Positions 24,594-32,000 of a stretch of DNA of 32,000 bases are shown here, in pieces (the first letter of the stretch is position 1; the number at the start of each line of letters is the position of its first letter). The stretch is taken from NCBI RefSeq assembly GCF_002075285.3, contig NZ_CP021983.2, forward strand, positions 1,470,001 through 1,502,000, read 5' to 3'. The notes beneath the pieces were generated by a model. The model made no database searches, had not been told where the DNA came from, and saw only the letters and a program-made list of their open reading frames with translations. The position numbers and the translations under genes are program-made. The stretch comes from Halomicronema hongdechloris C2206 (GTDB lineage Bacteria; Cyanobacteriota; Cyanobacteriia; Phormidesmidales; Phormidesmidaceae).

Positions 24594-24675
24594 TCCAGTC
24601 AATAATAGAGCAAAAGAACCAATGGTCAGGAATCCAGCGCGGTACCCTGAAAGAGAGCACGCCGATAGCCTCACC

Positions 24676-26031
24676 ATGCAGACCTCCGAGCAGCCCCTGA
24701 AGTTAGATCCCAGCCTGACCACAAATCCAGACGGGTTCGATGCCCACGATCCTCCTAGCCCAGAGCTAATCAATGCCTGCGTTCACTGTGGCTTCTGCCT
24801 CACCACCTGCCCCAGCTATCGGGTCATCGGCAAGGAAATGGACTCCCCCCGGGGCCGCATTTACCTAATGGAGGCCATCAACAAGGGAGAAGCGCCCCTG
24901 TCGCCAGCCTCGGTGCAACACTTCGACTCCTGCCTGGGCTGCCTAGCCTGCACCACCGCTTGCCCCTCCGGCGTCCAGTACGATAAGTTAATTGCCGCCG
25001 TGCGGCCCCAGATCCAGCGCCAGCATCAGCGCCCTCTGCCACAGCGGCTGTTGCGACAACTGATTTTTTCCCTCTTTCCCTACCCCGACCGGCTGCGATT
25101 GCTGCTAGCGCCCCTGGCCCTGTACCAACGCCTGGGGTTGTCTCAGCTGGTGCAGAAAACCGGGGTGCTACAACGGCTCTCTCCCAATCTGGCCGCCATG
25201 GAATCCTTGCTACCGCCGGTGACGCCGAAGTGCTTCCAAGACAACTTGCCGGAGGTGGTTCCAGCCCAGGGAGAACGGCGCTACCGGGTGGGCATGATTT
25301 TGGGCTGTGTGCAGCGGGTATTTTTCACCGGGGTGAACGAAGCCACGGCCCGGGTCTTGGCCGCCAATGGCTGTGAGGTGGTCATTCCCAGGGATCAGGG
25401 TTGCTGCTCGGCCCTACCGGCCCACCAGGGGGAAGAGGCTCAGGCCGAGGCCTTGGTCCGTCAGATGATTGACTGCTTCGAGGCGGCCCAGGTCGACTAT
25501 GTGATCATCAATGCCGCTGGTTGCGGCCACACCCTGAAGGAATACGGTCACATTCTGCGCCATGATGACGCCTACCACGAGCGGGCCGTGGCCTTCTCCA
25601 ACCGGGTGCGAGACGTGCAGGAATTCTTGATGGAAGTGGGGCTGACGGCGACGTTGCATCCCCTCACCCCGGGATCGCTGCCCGTGGTCTATCAAGATGC
25701 CTGTCACCTGCTCCATGGCCAGAAAATCAGCCAACAACCGCGGCAGTTACTCAGCCAAATTCCCGGCATCGAGCTGCGGGACCCCCTAGACGCCGCCCTC
25801 TGTTGTGGCAGTGCCGGCGTCTACAACATGCTGCAACCCCAGGTGGCTGCAGAGCTGGGGCCGATGAAGGTGACGAACCTGCTGAATACGGGCGCCCACC
25901 TGATCGCCTCGGCCAACCCAGGCTGCTCCCTGCAAATTCAGCGGTATATGCCAGAGAACCAGATTCTCCTGATGCATCCCATGGAGCTCCTGGACCGCTC
26001 GATTCGTAATCAGCCCCTGTCAGGACTCTAG
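24676..26031 (+). CDS. glcF: Glycolate oxidase/dehydrogenase iron-sulfur subunit GlcF
   Basis: MQTSEQ... start. Two 4Fe-4S motifs are present, CVHCGFCLTTCPSY and CLGCLACTTACPSG, plus two CCG domains (QGCCSALPAH, ALCCGSAGVY). The track start at 24622 would add a leader encoded partly next to the repeat remnant. Confidence 0.85.
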   Translation: MQTSEQPLKLDPSLTTNPDGFDAHDPPSPELINACVHCGFCLTTCPSYRVIGKEMDSPRGRIYLMEAINKGEAPLSPASVQHFDSCLGCLACTTACPSGVQYDKLIAAVRPQIQRQHQRPLPQRLLRQLIFSLFPYPDRLRLLLAPLALYQRLGLSQLVQKTGVLQRLSPNLAAMESLLPPVTPKCFQDNLPEVVPAQGERRYRVGMILGCVQRVFFTGVNEATARVLAANGCEVVIPRDQGCCSALPAHQGEEAQAEALVRQMIDCFEAAQVDYVIINAAGCGHTLKEYGHILRHDDAYHERAVAFSNRVRDVQEFLMEVGLTATLHPLTPGSLPVVYQDACHLLHGQKISQQPRQLLSQIPGIELRDPLDAALCCGSAGVYNMLQPQVAAELGPMKVTNLLNTGAHLIASANPGCSLQIQRYMPENQILLMHPMELLDRSIRNQPLSGL

Positions 26032-26078
26032 GAAAGTCATCTCGCCTTATTCCACCCCCTGACTCCATTTAAATCTCT

Positions 26079-27809
26079 CTACTGCTGTTGGACACATTGG
26101 GCATCCAAGACCACCATGCCGTCTTTGGCAAAGACGCGACACTGGGGATCTAGTCTAGCCAAGGCAGAGGTCTCCCCGGCTCGCAGGTGTGCCAAGGCAT
26201 TGGCGGCGGCGGGCTGAAATTGCGTTAGCCATTCGTGGCGCTGGAAGTAGTCGACCGCGAAACTCTCGGCTTCCACCAGCCACAGATCGATGTCGTAGGT
26301 CTGAGTCACCGCCTGCAGGGTAGCCAGATCGGGGCTGTACTGGGCGGTGATCAGATCAAGCCCCCGCCGCTGATACTGGCGGTAGTAGCCCATGTGGTAA
26401 GGAATGCCATTCTCTCGATTGAACAGGACGGGGCGCCGGGCAAACATCTGCAGGTTGTCGGCCTCCCGGGACAGGCTGGCAATCAGGGTATCTTTAGGCT
26501 GCTGCCGTAGAAATTCATACAGGGCGGGGCGCTGTCCTTCCACATAGAGGGTAACGGGAAAATTGCTGACGGTGGCGGTGTAGCCCATCAAAGCGACGGC
26601 CACAGCCAGGGTACCGCCCAGGGCCAGGAGCCTACGGCAGGGCCGCGGGGGAGAAGTCGACGTGGCCCAAGCCAGCAGCCGGTCTAGCAAGACGGTGAGG
26701 GTGAAGCTAGCTGCGATCGCAAACAGAATCCGAAAACTGTGGTGGGTATAGCGACTGGGCAACTGCAGTCGAAACAGCAGCAGATGGGCCAGGACAAATG
26801 TCCCCAAAGAGGCCAATAAGAGCCGTCCCAGCAAACCACTATTGGCCTTAATCCGCTGCACCAACGGCCAATGGCTGCACCGGGTCAATAGAATCGGTAA
26901 ACCCAAGGCAAAGGCCAGGGTGACTGGGGTCAGGTAAGGATCGGGGAACAACCCGGCTCGGCCCCCTAACCAGAAGATGAGGGGATTGTCGTCAAAAAAT
27001 CTCACTCTCCCCCCAGGCCAAAATTCAGCCATAGTTTTAGCCAATGCCGGGGTCGTCACCGGGCCAAACTGGGAAATTTCCAAGCCGTAGGGGGCCAACA
27101 ACGCCAGCAGCACCCCTAATCCGATCCCAGAAAACCAGTAGTCTCGACGCTGCCGCGACAGGGCTGGGCGACCCCGATGCCATCGCAGCAACCCGGCTAC
27201 CAATACCCCTCCCGAGAGAATGCCACATTGTGGATAAAACAGGGGCTGTAGGACTAGGGCTGCCACCATGGGCCAGAGCTGTCGCCGATGATAGTAATAC
27301 AAGAAGGCCAACAGCATGGCATAGACAAAGGATCGCGGCGTCGCCGACACCAGATCATCCCTGAACCAGAGGCTCTGATTCAGCAATAGAGAGCTAGCAA
27401 AGGCGGCGACGGGAATCGGCAGCAGCCGTAGGGAAAACATGAAGCAGTAGCCCGTGGTCAATAGTCCCAATCCCGTCGGCAGCAGCTTATTGAATACAAA
27501 CGGATGAATCCCTAGCCAGGCCACGAAGCGATAGAAGGCACTGTAGCCAAAGGGGGCAACTGATTGGAAATAATCGGCAATTAAATCATTCGGCAATAGC
27601 TCCGGATCGACGAAACGCTGCATCCAGAAGATATGGTGCCTGGCATCGTCCTGCAGAATGTAGGGGCTGCTAAAGGCTTGCTCCAGGCCGAGGTAGCTGT
27701 AGTAACTCGAGAACCCTAAACTTAGGAGTAACCAGAAGCGCACCCTGGAGTCTGTCAGGCGGGCTGCCGGAGTCATTAAATACTTACGCAAACGAGTCAT
27801 TAGCAGCAT
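26079..27809 (-). CDS. Polytopic membrane protein with a C-terminal soluble domain (possibly a GT-C-type glycosyltransferase)
   Basis: The ORF runs 26079..28160. I place the start at ATG 27809 (MLLMTRLRKYLMTP...) because the upstream 117 codons overlap the preceding gene. More than 10 hydrophobic segments are followed by a ~150-aa hydrophilic tail. The functional assignment is weak. Confidence 0.5.
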   Translation of the reverse strand: MLLMTRLRKYLMTPAARLTDSRVRFWLLLSLGFSSYYSYLGLEQAFSSPYILQDDARHHIFWMQRFVDPELLPNDLIADYFQSVAPFGYSAFYRFVAWLGIHPFVFNKLLPTGLGLLTTGYCFMFSLRLLPIPVAAFASSLLLNQSLWFRDDLVSATPRSFVYAMLLAFLYYYHRRQLWPMVAALVLQPLFYPQCGILSGGVLVAGLLRWHRGRPALSRQRRDYWFSGIGLGVLLALLAPYGLEISQFGPVTTPALAKTMAEFWPGGRVRFFDDNPLIFWLGGRAGLFPDPYLTPVTLAFALGLPILLTRCSHWPLVQRIKANSGLLGRLLLASLGTFVLAHLLLFRLQLPSRYTHHSFRILFAIAASFTLTVLLDRLLAWATSTSPPRPCRRLLALGGTLAVAVALMGYTATVSNFPVTLYVEGQRPALYEFLRQQPKDTLIASLSREADNLQMFARRPVLFNRENGIPYHMGYYRQYQRRGLDLITAQYSPDLATLQAVTQTYDIDLWLVEAESFAVDYFQRHEWLTQFQPAAANALAHLRAGETSALARLDPQCRVFAKDGMVVLDAQCVQQQ

Positions 27810-27838
27810 GGGCGTCAATACGCTGAAACTCAGGCCGT

Positions 27839-28921
27839 TTATTGCTGGGATGAGGGAGATATGGTGCTGCGGGAACGCCCCATGGACGCGATGTAATGGC
27901 CAATCAGGGGTAGCCCTCCCAGGGCCGGGAGCAGATAACGTAACGTGCACAATAGCCCTAGGGCTGCCCCCGTGGCTGGCATGAGAAAGGGCTGATAAAA
28001 CAGGATCAAGGCGGCATCCCGAGTGCCAATGCCGGCGAAGGTGAGGGGCAGTAACCCCACTAAAATAGCCAACGGCGTTAAGGCTAAGCTCGTGACAAAC
28101 GGTGTCCAGGCATTGAGGGCTAAAATAAACAACCAAATCTGGCACAGATGAAGCAGCCACAGCAAGATAGACACCGCCGCAATCACTCCCACCTGGCGTC
28201 GGTTGGGCCAGAAATAGTCATGCATGTGATTCCATGAGCGCTGAAAGTTTTTGACTTTTTGGCGAATTGGGTGAGGTGAGATCGCCCTAATTCGACTCAA
28301 TAGAAAATTGGCTGCCGATCGAGATCCCAGCAACAGGAATCCCACGCCACTACACAATAAAACAACCCCTGCCAACAGCCAAAATGTCTGACCTTTCTGG
28401 GGATATAAAATAAGGCCAAAAGCACACCACAATAAGAGAGCAAGTAAGTCACATGCCTTTTCGAAAATAACCACTGTAAAGGCTAAGGATTGACGTAGAT
28501 TACCGCGATCCGCTAAGAAATAGGCCTTGACAATCTGCCCCATATTCGATGGCAGGACCATATTAAGAGTTCCTGCTACTAAGATTAAGCGGATAGCTTC
28601 AACCAGACCGATAGACTGTTGGGTTGGTGTCAGTCGCTGGAGCCGCCAGGCTGGGATGACAATCAGTAGCAGCATCATGGCCAGACTCAGGCTCAGCCAG
28701 AGCAAATTGCACTGCTGAAAGACATCCAGCAAGCTGACTAGATCGATTTGCCGATAAATGACGACCAGAAGAGCCAAACTGATCATCAGAGACACTACTT
28801 TTTTAATCGTGGCTGCCAGTGATATGTTGACAGCTAACGCTGGCTTCGCCCCCGCTTGCTCCTGCTGCAACTGATTAGACTGACTGTCCTGAGCATGTTT
28901 TCTGGGTTTGACAGGAATCAT
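27839..28921 (-). CDS. Flippase-like/LPG-synthase-TM (UPF0104) family membrane protein
   Basis: 360 aa with ~8 TM segments. The motif region LVAGTLNMVLPSNMGQIVKAYFL resembles PF03706 members as I remember them. Confidence 0.5.
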   Translation of the reverse strand: MIPVKPRKHAQDSQSNQLQQEQAGAKPALAVNISLAATIKKVVSLMISLALLVVIYRQIDLVSLLDVFQQCNLLWLSLSLAMMLLLIVIPAWRLQRLTPTQQSIGLVEAIRLILVAGTLNMVLPSNMGQIVKAYFLADRGNLRQSLAFTVVIFEKACDLLALLLWCAFGLILYPQKGQTFWLLAGVVLLCSGVGFLLLGSRSAANFLLSRIRAISPHPIRQKVKNFQRSWNHMHDYFWPNRRQVGVIAAVSILLWLLHLCQIWLFILALNAWTPFVTSLALTPLAILVGLLPLTFAGIGTRDAALILFYQPFLMPATGAALGLLCTLRYLLPALGGLPLIGHYIASMGRSRSTISPSSQQ

Positions 28922-29125
28922 AGTGGGTGGCGGTTGAGCATAAAAACCTAGGAAATCACTTTACCAGAAGAGCGTTTGCAGCGGTTGACCCCGGCTACCT
29001 TGACGGCAACCGCAACAGTTTGGACTGTCAATGGGGGCATCACCGATCAGTTCAAGATTCCTTCCCAAATCCGCGATTTTTGCTTAAGTTTGCCGTAAAT
29101 ACCGTAGCAAGTCTACTGCCAAGCC

Positions 29126-29515
29126 ATGTCAGCCATCATCCACACCAACAGCTCCCCAGAAGAATCTATCCTTTTGTTCGAAGTCACTCGCAGCAATGGC
29201 CAACTGCGGCCTCAGCAGCTCAAGCCTCAGGAGCTCGCTGTCAAGTCTGCCCAGGCCCTCGATCAGGCCATGGGTACTATTCAGGGAGTGGCCAACTGCA
29301 CCAGCGAGACTCTGGGCAAGTTGGCTCAGTCCCCCAGCGAAGTGGAGATAGAGTTTGCCATCAAAGTCGATGCTGAGGTCGGGGCCTTGATCGCTAATGG
29401 CCGCCAAGAAGGGAATCTGCGGGTGAAGTTGGTCTGGAAAAACGACAGGCATCTCCAGTTAGAGAATGGAGTTGACCACTCAGTTCCTGGACCAGGAGAG
29501 CCAGATCCAGCCTGA
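29126..29515 (+). CDS. Small trypco2-like (CU044_2847-family-like) protein
   Basis: The C-terminal core SPSEVEIEFAIKVDAEVGALIANGRQEGNLRVKLVWKN matches the E.EFG.K....G.....G..EA...V.L.W pattern of trypsin-co-occurring domain 2 (from memory). Confidence 0.55.
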   Translation: MSAIIHTNSSPEESILLFEVTRSNGQLRPQQLKPQELAVKSAQALDQAMGTIQGVANCTSETLGKLAQSPSEVEIEFAIKVDAEVGALIANGRQEGNLRVKLVWKNDRHLQLENGVDHSVPGPGEPDPA

Positions 29516-29683
29516 GATCGGTCGTTTTCCCTTAAGCAATCCTCCAGGTTTGGACGCGGACTCTCTACGCTATTACCCAGGAGATCTTCATCTCCGTCAT
29601 CCCTACGCAGGAATAGATAGGCAAAGAGTGGTCAGACACCGGTCTTAGCAGTAGGCTAGCGATGGAGTCAGCAGGGATTACCG

Positions 29684-31147
29684 ATGGACGTCCAGACGCC
29701 CGATTGGGTTAAGCATGCCGTTTTTTACCAGATTTTTCCGGATCGCTTTGCCCGCAGCAACAATCACTCCTATGGGCCGGCCATGGCGGCAGCCCTAGAG
29801 CCCTGGGACGATCCACCCACCCTAGAGGGCTACAAAGGCGGAAACCTCTGGGGCGTGATCGAACGGCTCGACTATTTGCAGGATCTCGGCATTACCGCCA
29901 TCTACTTCACCCCCATCTTTCAATCCACCAGCAACCATCGATACCACACCCACGACTATTATCAGGTGGATCCCTTGCTAGGAGGGAATGAGGCCTTCTT
30001 TGCCCTACTGGAGGCGGCCCATCAGCGGGATATTCGTGTTGTCTTGGATGGCGTGTTTAATCACACCGGCCGCGGCTTTTTCTACTTCAACGACATTCTG
30101 GAAAACGGTCCCCATTCTCCCTGGTTGGATTGGTTCAAGATCGAGGCCTGGCCCCTATCGGCCTACGATGGCTCCCTACCGGCCAACTATATTGGCTGGA
30201 TCGGCAATCGGGCCCTGCCCGAATTTAACCACGATAACCCCGCCGTGCGGGAATACATCATGCGGGTGGGCGAACACTGGATTCGGGCCGGCATCGACGG
30301 CTGGCGTCTGGATGTGCCCTTCGAGATAGCCACCGAGGGATTCTGGCAGGAATTTCGGCAACGGGTCAAGGCCCTTAACCCCGATGCCTATATCGTCGGG
30401 GAAGTCTGGAAAGATGCTCGCCCCTGGCTAGATGGCACCCAGTTCGACGCGGTGATGAATTACCTGTTTACCGGCCCCACCATTGCCTATGTGGCTGGTC
30501 CACGGGTGCAGATGGAATACGCAGAACTGCCCGATTATTATCCCTATCCGCCCCTCGATGCCCGAGGTTATGGAGACAAGATCCAACAGCTGCTGGAGCG
30601 CTATCCCTGGGAGATTCAACTCAGCCAGCTGAACCTGCTGTCGAGCCATGACATTGCTCGGCTGTTATCGGTAGCTGGAGAGGACCAAGCCAGCTTAGCC
30701 CTCGGCGTGCTATTGCAGATGACCTTCCCTGGAGCGCCCAGTGTCTACTACGGTGACGAGGTGGGCCTACCGGGGGGGCTCGATCCTGACTGTCGCCGCA
30801 CCTTTCCCCCCCAAGCGCAGTGGAACCAAGAGATGCTGACCCTGCATCGAGGGCTGATTGCCCTGCGGCGAGCACATCCGGCCTTGCGAGTGGGGGGCTA
30901 TGAGGTCTTAGCTGCTGAGGGAATGACCTATGTGTTCGCCCGGGTATTGCCCCAGGAACTCATCATCATTGCCGTGAATGCCGATGAGCAGCCCTCTCAA
31001 TTGACAGTGCCGTTTGCCCTGGATTGGTCTGAAGAGCTACCTCAGCAGCGGCTATTTGGTCAGGGCTCGGCCACCTGGCAACAGGGGACAGCCTCCCCCC
31101 AATTAGCCCTAGAGCTCCCGGCCCGCTCAGGATTAGTGCTGGGATAG
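29684..31147 (+). CDS. Glycoside hydrolase family 13 alpha-amylase (neopullulanase/cyclomaltodextrinase-like)
   Basis: All four GH13 conserved regions are present: VVLDGVFNHTG, GIDGWRLDVPFE, YIVGEVW and LLSSHDIAR. Confidence 0.9.
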   Translation: MDVQTPDWVKHAVFYQIFPDRFARSNNHSYGPAMAAALEPWDDPPTLEGYKGGNLWGVIERLDYLQDLGITAIYFTPIFQSTSNHRYHTHDYYQVDPLLGGNEAFFALLEAAHQRDIRVVLDGVFNHTGRGFFYFNDILENGPHSPWLDWFKIEAWPLSAYDGSLPANYIGWIGNRALPEFNHDNPAVREYIMRVGEHWIRAGIDGWRLDVPFEIATEGFWQEFRQRVKALNPDAYIVGEVWKDARPWLDGTQFDAVMNYLFTGPTIAYVAGPRVQMEYAELPDYYPYPPLDARGYGDKIQQLLERYPWEIQLSQLNLLSSHDIARLLSVAGEDQASLALGVLLQMTFPGAPSVYYGDEVGLPGGLDPDCRRTFPPQAQWNQEMLTLHRGLIALRRAHPALRVGGYEVLAAEGMTYVFARVLPQELIIIAVNADEQPSQLTVPFALDWSEELPQQRLFGQGSATWQQGTASPQLALELPARSGLVLG

Positions 31148-31149
31148 GC

Positions 31150-31541
31150 TCCTGGGTATCTAGGGCCGGAGCTTGTCCGCGAGGACGGGGAAATTGGCGC
31201 TCTGCCTGATGCAACCACTGACCACTGCTCAAGGCCCACCCCAGTGCTAGCGTCAGGCTTACTCACGCGTTGAGCCTCCCGTAGATGAGTCGCTTTGAGG
31301 CAATATCTTCGGCTCTTGCAAATGCTAAAGCGGGTTCCGATGCCCCATCGATGGGCATAGTCGGCAATCGCTCGCTTCGACTTGAATTGCGTGACCCCAA
31401 TGAGCGGGGTACCGTCTTCCAAGCGCAAGGCGGCGACATAGCCCCACAGCCAGCGCTTTTTGCGTAGGACCTGAGGCTGAGCCGGCTGCAGATGGGCAAA
31501 GATTTTTGGCCGGCCGGCAGCGACGACCATCGAAGAGACAT
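31150..31541 (-). pseudogene. Degraded IS4-like transposase C-terminal fragment
   Basis: Overlapping minus ORFs give ...LIGVTQFKSKRAIADYAHRWGIGTRFSICKSRRYCLKATHLREAQRVS. This resembles the Y..RWGIE..F...KSRGF.LE.THL tail of cyanobacterial IS4-type transposases. There is no intact ORF, and frames are mixed. Confidence 0.5.
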
Positions 31542-31560
31542 CGGTTTATTTTCGGGACAA

Positions 31561-32000
31561 TTACCCGAGCGCGGCGGTTGTCGGTAGAGGCGGTTCTACC
31601 TCGCTGCCCAGTCGGGCGCGGTACAGATCTCCCACGCGGGCTTCCAGACGGGTCAGCGTTTGGGCGATGCGATCGAGCAGGTCGCTGGTGACCGGGTCCG
31701 TGAGCTGCCCCGAAAACTTAGCTGCATCCAAGGCTCCGGTTTGCAGGTCGCCTAAGGCCCGGCGCAAAATTTCCACCTCATCGCTGGACTGAATCCAGTT
31801 TTGCAGCGTGGCCAGGGCCTCACTGCCGATCGCCTGCCAGCTTACCTCTTCTCCAAAGGCACGCAGACGCATTTCTAGCTGCTCGATATGGGTTTCTTTC
31901 GCGGTGATGACTTCCGTGAAGACCGTCTTGGCTTCGGCGTCTGATACTTTGCCCAGATACTGGCGAAACGCCGCCTGAGTGTATCGCTCTCCCACCAGAG
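31561..32000 (-). CDS. Hypothetical helical protein. The 5' end may extend beyond the window.
   Basis: A 144-aa ORF with a GTG at 31995. The frame is still open at the window edge. I recognise no family. Confidence 0.4.
   Translation of the reverse strand, partial: LVGERYTQAAFRQYLGKVSDAEAKTVFTEVITAKETHIEQLEMRLRAFGEEVSWQAIGSEALATLQNWIQSSDEVEILRRALGDLQTGALDAAKFSGQLTDPVTSDLLDRIAQTLTRLEARVGDLYRARLGSEVEPPLPTTAALG

Noticed and set aside
27810-28160. 117-codon N-terminal extension of the 26079..28160 ORF. The 47-codon extension of the phosphodiesterase ORF (15036..15176) is a similar case.
   Set aside because: Both extensions overlap the 3' end of the upstream gene on the same strand and lack hydrophobic or signal features. 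Internal ATGs give non-overlapping genes with sensible N-termini.
1-32000. tRNA, rRNA or tmRNA genes.
   Set aside because: I scanned intergenic regions for T-arm-like GGTTCGAATCC-type motifs and cloverleaf-sized GC-rich blocks and found none. This was done by eye, so a small ncRNA could be missed.

Overview
All calls below were made by eye, without HMM or BLAST support. This is a high-GC cyanobacterial chromosomal segment. I count at least 12 HIP1 GCGATCGC palindromes, and it carries psb28, bciB, an Mnx-type Mn exporter and a WD40 Ser/Thr kinase.

Most of the window is housekeeping: murD (partial), glyS, an ABC-class ATPase, bciB, an OmpR-type response regulator, psb28, an SDR, a PstS-like protein, mnx with a candidate Mn riboswitch, a phosphodiesterase, an aldo/keto reductase, glcF, two membrane proteins and a GH13 amylase.

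Five genes carry single-base-loss frameshifts, mostly in G runs. I suspect assembly error.

The interesting part is 16.6-24.6 kb, which reads as a decayed CRISPR-accessory/defence island. In order it holds:
- one solitary CRISPR-like repeat
- a WYL-domain gene hit by a MITE
- a sharply AT-rich ~1.45 kb insert encoding a 130-aa minimal Cas10-palm cyclase (mCpol-like), translationally coupled to a CARF + C-terminal 2TM protein
- a small P-loop protein cut by an intact IS4-family element that abuts a 5'-truncated, frameshifted ISAs1 transposase
- an orphan gene fragment
- a TIR-SAVED effector with no CD-NTase or Cas10 nearby
- a PD-(D/E)xK nuclease-like gene bracketed by a 93-bp duplication of SAVED-coding sequence

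The mCpol-like/CARF-2TM pair is my best candidate for the uncharacterised system.
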